DNA of 64,000 nucleotides from Clostridiales bacterium (GTDB lineage Bacteria; Bacillota; Clostridia; Saccharofermentanales; Saccharofermentanaceae): NCBI GenBank assembly GCA_017513085.1, contig JAFWDK010000015.1, positions 32,001 to 96,000 of the forward strand. Direction: 5' to 3'. Below are positions 48,273-56,247 of the stretch, piece after piece (the stretch's first letter is position 1; each line of letters begins with the position of its first letter). The notes under the pieces were generated by a model. The model was not told the DNA's origin and made no database searches. It was given only the letters and a program-made list of their open reading frames with translations. Position numbers and translations under genes: made by a program.

Positions 48273-48628
48273 AATTCATACTTTTTGCAAGTTTCGAGCT
48301 CAAAAGAATGTACTTGTCTCAGTCCTGAATTAACGAATTCATACTTTTTTCCGTTTTTTTCTCAAAAGGTAAGAAATCCCTTTGACGGAGCGCAGGTGAA
48401 TTCATACTTTTTCCCGTTTTTTCCTCAAAAGGTATGAAATCCCCTTTGACGGAGCGCAGGTGAATTCATACTTTTTCCCGTTTTTTCCTCAAAAGGTATG
48501 AAATCCCTTTGACGGAGCGCAGGTGAATTCATACTTTTTCCCGTTTTTTCCTCAAAAAGTATGAATTCTCATAGACGGAGCACAAGTGAATTCATACTTT
48601 TTCCCGTTTTTTCCTCAAAAAGTATGAA
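48273..48628. repeat. Six-unit 63-bp tandem array of 38-bp inverted-arm sites
   Basis: AATTCATAC at 48273, 48336, 48399, 48463, 48526 and 48589; consensus TTCATAC-N24-GTATGAA. Confidence 0.92.
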
Positions 48629-48673
48629 CCGATTTTTCTTGAACGACACTCCAAAAATGGTGCATCGTTCAAC
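48601..48673. repeat. 73-bp direct repeat, copy 2
   Basis: Identical to 48096-48168, offset 505 bp. Confidence 0.9.
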
Positions 48674-48810
48674 TGAAGTGACCCTAAAGCTGGCAACAAC
48701 TTTGGATACACTTCGTTTTGAGGCAGCCTTTTCATGTTTCTTTATCCCCTTCCTTTCAATAGAAAATGTGGTGCTATAATGAAGACAGAAATCCGAAGGA
48801 GGCTCCATAT

Positions 48811-49710
48811 ATGCTTCGACAACCGTTGGGAGAACTCCCTGTCAGCATTCGCAGATATGAAACTACGGTAACCGGAAAAACAACGCAAAGAAGAGTGCCT
48901 CTTACTATTTTCTATCCATCTATCAGATGGGAAACCGAGTATCCGTATCAGGATCCGGTCTGGCAGAAATCGCCGGATCATCCGGACAACGGAGTACACA
49001 CTTTTTGCGGAAAAGAAGAAGCGTTAGCCGAAGTCAAGAATAAGTACCCTGTGATCCTTTTCAGCCATGGTCTCTGCGGGTATGAAATGGAGAGTACCGT
49101 CCTTTGCGCAGATCTGGCTTCTTACAGATATGTCGTAGTCAGTATCGGTCATCCTCGCGGCTCAAAAGTCGTGACGTATATCGATGGAAGTATATATGAA
49201 GATCCCGAGCCCTTCAGTAAGATCCGCCATAAACTGGATACGGTCGAACCCCTCTGGTATGAGGACTTCCTGTCCGCCAGGGACATGCTTTCAAACCTGA
49301 ATCAGACAGATCCGTTCTGGCGCGATCACCTGGATGTCTCTGACATAGGTATCGTAGGAAACTCTTTCGGCGGATGCTGCGGCATCGCGACGGCTCTAAA
49401 AAACAACACATTCCGATATGCCGTAAATCTGGACGGAGGACTCTTTGTTCCCCTCACCTATTCATTTACGGACACCCCGATCCTGATCCTACGCAGCATT
49501 CTGAATTTCAAATCAAATGCCGGACTTTCACGTCACGGCTGTACGAATGTGGAAGTAACAAAATACAGAAAACTCGTCCACTACGAATTCAGCGACGGCA
49601 TTTATCTGGGTCCGAGAGGAAAGAAGAACCGCGACTGGGCAGATCAGATCAGTCGTGAACGTTCAGAGCGGATCCTGGCATTCCTTACTAAATCCCGATC
49701 AGATCTCTGA
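48811..49710 (+). CDS. Alpha/beta hydrolase (PAF-acetylhydrolase-like)
   Basis: YPVILFSHGL, GNSFGG nucleophile elbow, VNLDG, HYEFSD; SD AAGGAGG; TGcTATAAT upstream. Confidence 0.85.
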   Translation: MLRQPLGELPVSIRRYETTVTGKTTQRRVPLTIFYPSIRWETEYPYQDPVWQKSPDHPDNGVHTFCGKEEALAEVKNKYPVILFSHGLCGYEMESTVLCADLASYRYVVVSIGHPRGSKVVTYIDGSIYEDPEPFSKIRHKLDTVEPLWYEDFLSARDMLSNLNQTDPFWRDHLDVSDIGIVGNSFGGCCGIATALKNNTFRYAVNLDGGLFVPLTYSFTDTPILILRSILNFKSNAGLSRHGCTNVEVTKYRKLVHYEFSDGIYLGPRGKKNRDWADQISRERSERILAFLTKSRSDL

Positions 49711-49837
49711 ATCCCTCACTTACACATGTGTCGGCTTCTATACTTTTGGGCATTTAAAAAACTCGTTTCCCATTCACGGGCAGTTTACAAAATGCTGCTA
49801 TTCTAATATCAAGAGATTTCTGTCATGGAGGTACCGG

Positions 49838-51022
49838 ATGAATACACGTAACGGATTTCCGATCCTGGGCTTTGGCTGCATGCGCTTTGCCACGAAAGGC
49901 CGTAGTATAGATTTTGAAAAAGCAGAAGAACAGATCCTCCGCGCATTTGATCTGGGGATCACTTATTTTGATACGGCGTATATCTATCCCGGAAGTGAAG
50001 ATACCATAGGAAAAGTACTGGAAAAGCATCATCTTCGTGAGAAGATCACTTTGACGACAAAACTCCCGCAGTATCTTGTCAAAAAGCGCGAAGACCTGGA
50101 TAAGTATCTGGACGAAGAACTTAAGCGTCTGCGCACCACTTACCTCGATTATTATCTGTTCCATCACATGACGGATATCGTGCAGTGGGAATACTTGCTT
50201 TCACTGGGTGTAACAGACTGGATCGAAGAGAAAAAAGCAGAAGGAAAGATTCGTCACGTCGGCTTCTCTTTTCACGGAAATACGGAGATGTATCTGAAAA
50301 TCCTTTCCGCTTATTCGTGGGAATTAAGTCTCGTCCAGTATAACTACATGGATGAAAACTCTCAGGCAGGAAGAGAAGGAATTGCCGAAGCATATAAAAG
50401 AGGTATTCCCGTTTTCATCATGGAACCTCTTCGTGGTGGTAAACTTGTAGATCTTTTGCCTGAAAAAGCGAAGAAAGAAATCGCCGCGGATCCACATGGC
50501 TGGACACCGGCCGAGTGGGCATTCCGATGGCTTTGGAATCAGAAAGAGATCACCTGCGTGCTTTCGGGCATGAATTCGATCCCCATGATTGAAGAAAATA
50601 TACGTATCGCCTCCTCCACGGAAGCCGATTCATGGGGACCGGAAGAGATGGCCATGATCGACAGGATCCGTACCTACATCAACGAAAATACGAAGGTTGG
50701 CTGCACAGGATGCAAGTATTGTCTTCCCTGCCCTCGCGGTGTAGACATTCCGAGTATTTTTTCCTGCTACAATCACATGTATTCCGAGAAAAAATCCTCC
50801 GGACGGAAAGAATACTATCAGACGATCGCCTTACGTCTGGAACCGGCAGACGCGACCCGCTGTGTCGGATGCGGAAAATGTGAGAAACACTGTCCGCAGA
50901 ATATTCCGATTCGCGAGAAACTGAAGGAAGCCAACAAAGCGCTTTCTCCTCTTCCTTACAGAGTCGTTGCCAAGCTCTCGCGGAAAATACTGGTCGCAAA
51001 GAAAAAGAAAAAAACTTCCTGA
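49838..51022 (+). CDS. Aldo/keto reductase with C-terminal 4Fe-4S dicluster
   Basis: LGFGCMRF, YFDTAY, MEPLRGG, CTGCKYCLPCP, CVGCGKCEKHCPQ. Confidence 0.9.
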   Translation: MNTRNGFPILGFGCMRFATKGRSIDFEKAEEQILRAFDLGITYFDTAYIYPGSEDTIGKVLEKHHLREKITLTTKLPQYLVKKREDLDKYLDEELKRLRTTYLDYYLFHHMTDIVQWEYLLSLGVTDWIEEKKAEGKIRHVGFSFHGNTEMYLKILSAYSWELSLVQYNYMDENSQAGREGIAEAYKRGIPVFIMEPLRGGKLVDLLPEKAKKEIAADPHGWTPAEWAFRWLWNQKEITCVLSGMNSIPMIEENIRIASSTEADSWGPEEMAMIDRIRTYINENTKVGCTGCKYCLPCPRGVDIPSIFSCYNHMYSEKKSSGRKEYYQTIALRLEPADATRCVGCGKCEKHCPQNIPIREKLKEANKALSPLPYRVVAKLSRKILVAKKKKKTS

Positions 51023-51184
51023 GTTATGTTTCCCAAAGAATGACTACTTGATCTCCAAGGATTATATCAGAATTGGGAATCTGTTGTTCTTTTCATGACG
51101 AAAGTCATATCCAAATCATCACTTTTTGCACTTCTGTTGCCGTGTTTCATTTCGTAGAATCAGAATCACGAGAGGAGAGAGTAT

Positions 51185-51808
51185 ATGGATTTGAACAAGA
51201 TGATTTCTAAAGCAGGTTCAGCGATAGTAACAGTGACAGTATTTCTATTTGCGATATTTCTGCTGATCGATTTTTCTATGGGTAGCTACTTTGTCTGCCT
51301 TATCCTTCCGGTAGGGTTTATCATGATGACGGCAGGTCTGCAAAACGAGTGCGAAGGTGACCGGAAAGTCTCAGCGAATATAGGTTTGATCCTTTCGGCG
51401 GTGTATGGCACGTTTATTATGCTCGTCTATTATTCACAGCTGACTACGGTACATAACGAACAGTTGAATGAACAAGCGGCAAAACTTCTGGAATTTAATA
51501 AGTTCGGGCTGATCTTCAACTACGACCTTCTCGGCTACGGTGTAATGGCACTTTCTACCTTCTTCACGGGACTTTCGTTGAAGCCGGGCAGCAAGACGGA
51601 TAAGTGGCTCAAAGCGTTGCTGATGATACACGGCGTGTTCTACTTCAGCTGCACATTTATGCCGATTACGGGAATGTTCGCAAGGATGTCCTCCGGCGGG
51701 GACGGACTCGGCGGAAGGCTAGCCCTTGTTGCGTGGTGTGTATATTTTCTTCCGGTTGGAATTCTTTCCTATCTTCATTTCAGAAAAAGTGGCGAAGCAC
51801 TTCCCTGA
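51185..51808 (+). CDS. Hypothetical multi-pass membrane protein
   Basis: About six hydrophobic segments; SD GAGGAG. Confidence 0.75.
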   Translation: MDLNKMISKAGSAIVTVTVFLFAIFLLIDFSMGSYFVCLILPVGFIMMTAGLQNECEGDRKVSANIGLILSAVYGTFIMLVYYSQLTTVHNEQLNEQAAKLLEFNKFGLIFNYDLLGYGVMALSTFFTGLSLKPGSKTDKWLKALLMIHGVFYFSCTFMPITGMFARMSSGGDGLGGRLALVAWCVYFLPVGILSYLHFRKSGEALP

Positions 51809-51829
51809 AAACTCAGGGAAGTGCTTTTT
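51795..51829 (+). terminator. Intrinsic terminator
   Basis: AAGCACTTCCCTGA-AAAC-TCAGGGAAGTGCTT followed by a T-run. Confidence 0.85.
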
Positions 51830-52087
51830 CTTTACTTCACATGTTATGTATGTTCATGTTGATGACAGTCATATCGTCGTTCTCTGTCTTAATCTTCTCT
51901 TGATTTTCTTTCGTAAGCTCCTTCTTTGAATCCTTAGTTCCTTGAAGAATGACTCGCAAGATCATTTGAAAGTGTTTAAGTCATCGTCAAACGCTGGTAA
52001 AGAATTGATAAAGAAGACCAAGGCTGTTTTGCCAGGTATAGTATAATGTACTCAAAAACCAGAAGATGTCAACAAAGAGGAAGAAGA

Positions 52088-52840
52088 ATGGGCCTGTCGA
52101 TAGGTGATGTGGAGAAGATAACAGGAATATCTAAAGACCGGTTAAGATACTACGAAGAGAAGCAGCTTATTTCACCGGTCCGGGATACTGATAACAGTTA
52201 TCGCGAATATGATAACGAAGAAGTACTGAAGCTTCTGGGGATTCAGCTGTACAGATCAATGGATCTCGGAGTAAAGGAGATCCAGCAGATTCAGGATTCC
52301 GACTCAATAGAAAAGATATGCCATGTTTTTAAGAGACGTCAGGAGGAACTTCTGCTCCAGATGGCCCAATTACAATATCAGAAAGACATTGTATCAAGAA
52401 GTATCGATGACTGTGAGAAAATAACTGATCACCTCGGAAAATACACTATTAGGAAAGTAAAATCATTACGGCTTATCGATAAGATAGATGATTTGGTCAG
52501 CACAGAAACAGGTGCGAAGTTCAGGACGGAATCCGATGAGCAAATGATCATAATCAGAAGCTTAGTAAGACGTATTGAATTGACTCCTGCAGGTATAGGA
52601 GAGAATGCTGTTTTTGTGGCGGAAGAAACCGGAGAAGAGGATATCGAGTGCGTTTATACCGTAGTAAGAGACAGTGCCGAATACGATCCTCTGATGGATG
52701 AGTATGCCAAGTGTATGCAGTGGGTCCGCGAGAATAATATCAAATTAGGCAGGTATTGCTATATCAGACCTCTTCTTGTGTCGCATCTTGGAAAAAGCAC
52801 GGAAAGTTTTCTGGAAGTTTTTGCGCCGATCGAAAAATAA
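52088..52840 (+). CDS. MerR-family regulator
   Basis: SIGDVEKITGISKDRLRYYEEKQLI, NSYREY. Confidence 0.85.
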   Translation: MGLSIGDVEKITGISKDRLRYYEEKQLISPVRDTDNSYREYDNEEVLKLLGIQLYRSMDLGVKEIQQIQDSDSIEKICHVFKRRQEELLLQMAQLQYQKDIVSRSIDDCEKITDHLGKYTIRKVKSLRLIDKIDDLVSTETGAKFRTESDEQMIIIRSLVRRIELTPAGIGENAVFVAEETGEEDIECVYTVVRDSAEYDPLMDEYAKCMQWVRENNIKLGRYCYIRPLLVSHLGKSTESFLEVFAPIEK

Positions 52841-52843
52841 TGC

Positions 52844-52874
52844 TTGACCTTGGTACGATACCATACTTTATGGT
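52844..52874 (+). promoter_or_regulatory. MerR-type promoter (19-bp spacer with dyad)
   Basis: TTGACC-19 bp-TATGGT with TGGTA-CGA-TACCA dyad. Confidence 0.8.
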
Positions 52875-52910
52875 TTACAGCATAAGACCATAAAGAAAGA
52901 GGTATGTATC

Positions 52911-53717
52911 ATGGAAACAAAAAAGAAGGATCTCCTTTTCTTCGTTATTCTTACGTATGTGTTATTTTACATTTCACTGGGGATGTGTTTGGTAATTGCA
53001 GCTTTCGGCGTGCCTATGGAAAGCATATCAAAATATGCTCCGGTAGTCATTTCGTGGGTGTCTTTGGCTGTGCTGATGATCTGGGCAAAACGGTTGCTTA
53101 AAGGTTCGTCGAGAAAAGAATTTCTAAAGGGATTATTTGCCGAGAAACTGAAAATCAAGTGGGTCTTGATCTCGATCATTATCCCTTCCGCTGTATTTGC
53201 CATTACTGTTATTGTTCTTAGCGTGGTCGATCGAAAACCTGTAGGTGAACTGATCAATCGGGATTATGCATCCTTTCCGCTTCTGTTTGTCCTGCAGCTT
53301 CTAATGGGCCCTACTGCTGAAGAACCGGGATGGAGAGGATACTTCTTTACGGAAGTGTCAGCTGAAAGAGGAATACTGAAAGGATCAGTCATCACGGGCC
53401 TTGTTTGGGGATTGTGGCACACGCCGCTTTGGTTAATGGAAGGATTTTCTCCGTTGAATCTGGTAATATATGCGGTTTCCTTCATGGGAGCAGTAATAGG
53501 TATAAGCATTATTATCGGATATATTTACGGAAAGCACAGGAATCTGATCTACTGTACGATCATCCACCTGTTGTTTAACTTCCTGAATGCACTCGTCATT
53601 ATTGATCAGAACAGAATGCCCTTTGTTGTGGTGATTTATGCAGTCCTTTATCTTCTCATTGCAGCAGTAATGATTTTGATCAACAGGACAACTTCCCGTA
53701 GAAATGAGATACAATAA
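52911..53717 (+). CDS. CPBP (CAAX/Abi) intramembrane protease
   Basis: AEEPGWRGY, WGLWH, IIHLLFN. Confidence 0.9.
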   Translation: METKKKDLLFFVILTYVLFYISLGMCLVIAAFGVPMESISKYAPVVISWVSLAVLMIWAKRLLKGSSRKEFLKGLFAEKLKIKWVLISIIIPSAVFAITVIVLSVVDRKPVGELINRDYASFPLLFVLQLLMGPTAEEPGWRGYFFTEVSAERGILKGSVITGLVWGLWHTPLWLMEGFSPLNLVIYAVSFMGAVIGISIIIGYIYGKHRNLIYCTIIHLLFNFLNALVIIDQNRMPFVVVIYAVLYLLIAAVMILINRTTSRRNEIQ

Positions 53718-53838
53718 AAAGCTGCATCATGAAGGGTGGCAAAAACGTCAAGGCAGGAAGGTCGATCTCGTTTTCCGCCACACCCGTGCAGACGACAAGA
53801 TCCGCATCGATCCGAAAATGTGGATCAGGTCGCAAAGC

Positions 53839-53875
53839 GTTGATATTCTCCTGAAAGTTGACTATAATATCAACT
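53839..53875 (+). promoter_or_regulatory. abiE promoter with inverted repeats
   Basis: TTGATA-17 bp-TATAAT; GTTGATATT...AATATCAAC and AGTTGA...TCAACT dyads. Confidence 0.7.
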
Positions 53876-53892
53876 AAGCGGAGGAAATCGAC

Positions 53893-54483
53893 ATGGTTAT
53901 CACTACAGAACAGCTGTTATATGAAAACAGGATGTATAAAGATCCTAAGCACCGTATATTCAATATGGCTCGAAAGGGTGAGATTATACCGATCAAGAGA
54001 GGCATGTATGAAACGGATAAGGATACACCGGGATATCTTTTGGCGAATGTACTGTTAGGTCCATCATATCTATCTTTCGAGTATGCTTTATCATATTACG
54101 GAATGATTCCTGAGAGAGTAGAAGTTTATACATCGGCAACCTTTGGCAAAAGGAAAATACATGAATTCAAGAATGATTTTGGGACATACAGATACAGGGA
54201 TATTCCGCTTGAGGTATATCCGTATTTCTATACCAGAGAAGTAATCGGAGACCGACCGTTTTTAATTGCGACGAAGGAAAAAGCACTGTGCGATATGGTA
54301 AGTATTGTTTCGCCGATCAGAGGCATAGCCGATTTTGAAGAATATCTTTTTGACGGGATGCGTCTTGACGAAGATGAATTTGACAGTCTTGACGAGACCA
54401 GGATCTCAAGGATCGCACCGCTGTATCATAAGACAAATCCGGACAGACTCATACGGGTTATAGAAAGAAGGAAGAATCGATGA
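53893..54483 (+). CDS. abiEi: Type IV TA antitoxin, AbiEi family
   Basis: IKRGMY, PSYLSFEYALSYYGMIPE, IATKEKALCD. Confidence 0.85.
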   Translation: MVITTEQLLYENRMYKDPKHRIFNMARKGEIIPIKRGMYETDKDTPGYLLANVLLGPSYLSFEYALSYYGMIPERVEVYTSATFGKRKIHEFKNDFGTYRYRDIPLEVYPYFYTREVIGDRPFLIATKEKALCDMVSIVSPIRGIADFEEYLFDGMRLDEDEFDSLDETRISRIAPLYHKTNPDRLIRVIERRKNR

Positions 54484-55349
54484 ATGACGCAATAATGTCG
54501 ATGATGACGAGATACGATTGTAAGAGCAGTGAAGACTATGAAAATGCACTGAAGGAAATCGTGCAGGAGGTTGCACTTGTTGGCCTTTCCCGAAGTGGCT
54601 TTTTTACCCAAGCATCCTTTTACGGTGGAACGGCATTGAGGATTTTTCACGGCTTGAGGCGTTTCAGTGAGGACATGGATTTTTCATTGGATAAGCCGGA
54701 TGATACATTTGATCTGAGCGAATACATTCCATACGTTGAGAAAGAACTTGCCGCGTACAATTTCAGTCTGACTGTCAGAAAGAAGGAAAAGACTAAGGAT
54801 TCTGCAGTTCAGTCCGCTTTTATTAAAGGAAATACAGTACAGAACATTCTTGAAATAACATCTTCCGATTCTGCAGTATATGGGATAAGCCCCAATGCTG
54901 GTGTGAAGATAAAGTTTGAGATTGATACCCATCCACCGCTGGGAGCATCCTATCAGTATCTGAATGCCATCAATCCGACACCGTACCGAGCCAGGTTATA
55001 TGATCTGCCTTCATTGTTTGCTGGAAAGACACACGCCGTTCTATGCCGGGATTATAAGAACCGGGTGAAGGGAAGAGATTTCTATGATTATGTCTGGTAT
55101 TTGCAGAAAGGGTGTCAGATCAATCTGTTTCATCTTCAGAAACGCTTGGAACAATCGGGAAAGTGGGACGTCAGGGAAGAACTGACGTTAGAAAAGTTGA
55201 AAACTATGCTGATAGATCGATTTGAAAAGATCGATTACGATAGTGCCAGAGCGGATGTTGAGGTATTCCTGAATGAACACGACAGAGAAGGGCTGTCCGT
55301 ATGGGATGCGGAGTTCTTTTCCGACATAACGGACAAGTATCTTCGATAA
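54480..55349 (+). CDS. abiEii: Type IV TA toxin, AbiEii nucleotidyltransferase
   Basis: FYGGTALRIFHGLRRFSEDMDF, IKFEID, AGKTHA, KGRDFYD; ATGA-coupled to the antitoxin. Confidence 0.9.
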   Translation: MNDAIMSMMTRYDCKSSEDYENALKEIVQEVALVGLSRSGFFTQASFYGGTALRIFHGLRRFSEDMDFSLDKPDDTFDLSEYIPYVEKELAAYNFSLTVRKKEKTKDSAVQSAFIKGNTVQNILEITSSDSAVYGISPNAGVKIKFEIDTHPPLGASYQYLNAINPTPYRARLYDLPSLFAGKTHAVLCRDYKNRVKGRDFYDYVWYLQKGCQINLFHLQKRLEQSGKWDVREELTLEKLKTMLIDRFEKIDYDSARADVEVFLNEHDREGLSVWDAEFFSDITDKYLR

Positions 55350-55362
55350 TGGATAAATAGTG

Positions 55363-55393
55363 TTGACTCTCACATCGTGTCAGGGTTTATCCT
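55363..55393 (+). promoter_or_regulatory. MerR-type promoter (19-bp spacer with dyad)
   Basis: TTGACT-19 bp-TATCCT with ACTCTCACA-TCG-TGTCAGGGT imperfect dyad. Confidence 0.8.
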
Positions 55394-55436
55394 TGATTTG
55401 AGCTCAAGGAAAACACATCCATGGAGGTAAGTACAA

Positions 55437-56240
55437 ATGCTTAAAATAGGAGATTTTTCAAAACTATCCAGAGTCAGCATCAGAATGCTCCGGCATTACG
55501 ATGATATCGGTCTTCTGAAGCCCGCCGAAATCGATGAGTTCACAGGATACCGCTATTATCAGGAAGAACAGCTCTTCACCATCGGAAGGATCACTTCCTT
55601 AAAGGATATGGGGTTTTCCCTTGCGGAGATCGTCCGCATCCTGGAAAACTATGATGATAAAGAGAAGATGGAGAAGTTCCTCTTAAAAAGACAGGAAGAA
55701 CTTCGGAAACTTTCAGAAGAGACTTCTTACAAACTGATGCTTCTGGAGTCAGCCCGAGACAGGCTGAGGAAGGAGCAAAAAATGAATTACGATGTGACAG
55801 TAAAAACCATTCCCGAAAGATACGCCGCCACCGTGCACACGGTCATTCCCCGCTACGAAGATGAAGGCATGGCATGGGGCTACATGAGTGAGATCGGACC
55901 GTCTCTGGTGCCGGCCGATCCGTGCCTGGCCGCCGCCGAGTTTCTGGACGATGAACACAAAGAAAAAGATGTGGAGATCGTGGTCTGGATGACCGTCAAA
56001 GGCACCTACGAGGATACCGAGCACGTGAAGTTTCAGACACTTCCTGCAGTAAAGGTTGCCAGCTGCATCATGAAGGGCAGCTACGCGCAGATGAACGAAG
56101 TCGTACCCACGATCGTGAACTGGATCAAGGCCAATGGCTATGAAGCCAATGGCCCGATGTTCAACATCTATCACGTGGGTCCGGTTCAGACACAGAACCC
56201 CGACGAATTCGTCACGGAAGTGTGTTTTCCGGTGAAGTAA
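55437..56240 (+). CDS. MerR-family (BmrR-like) regulator with GyrI-like domain
   Basis: KIGDFSKLSRVSIRMLRHYD, TGYRYY; C-terminal GSY...WIKANGY...Y...TEVCFPV. Confidence 0.9.
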   Translation: MLKIGDFSKLSRVSIRMLRHYDDIGLLKPAEIDEFTGYRYYQEEQLFTIGRITSLKDMGFSLAEIVRILENYDDKEKMEKFLLKRQEELRKLSEETSYKLMLLESARDRLRKEQKMNYDVTVKTIPERYAATVHTVIPRYEDEGMAWGYMSEIGPSLVPADPCLAAAEFLDDEHKEKDVEIVVWMTVKGTYEDTEHVKFQTLPAVKVASCIMKGSYAQMNEVVPTIVNWIKANGYEANGPMFNIYHVGPVQTQNPDEFVTEVCFPVK

Positions 56241-56247
56241 AGAAGGA

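Noticed and set aside
48273-48628. CRISPR array
   Set aside because: Three of five linkers are near-identical and a fourth is related, so they are not unique spacers; there are no cas genes in the window
48016-48808. Short ORFs over the second repeat region
   Set aside because: They are translations of repeats and the G-tract and have no SD or domain
53720-56077. 17-bp match AGCTGCATCATGAAGGG at 53720 and 56061 as att sites or a target duplication
   Set aside because: One copy lies inside an intact coding region, there is no integrase, and one 17-bp match in 64 kb is plausible by chance
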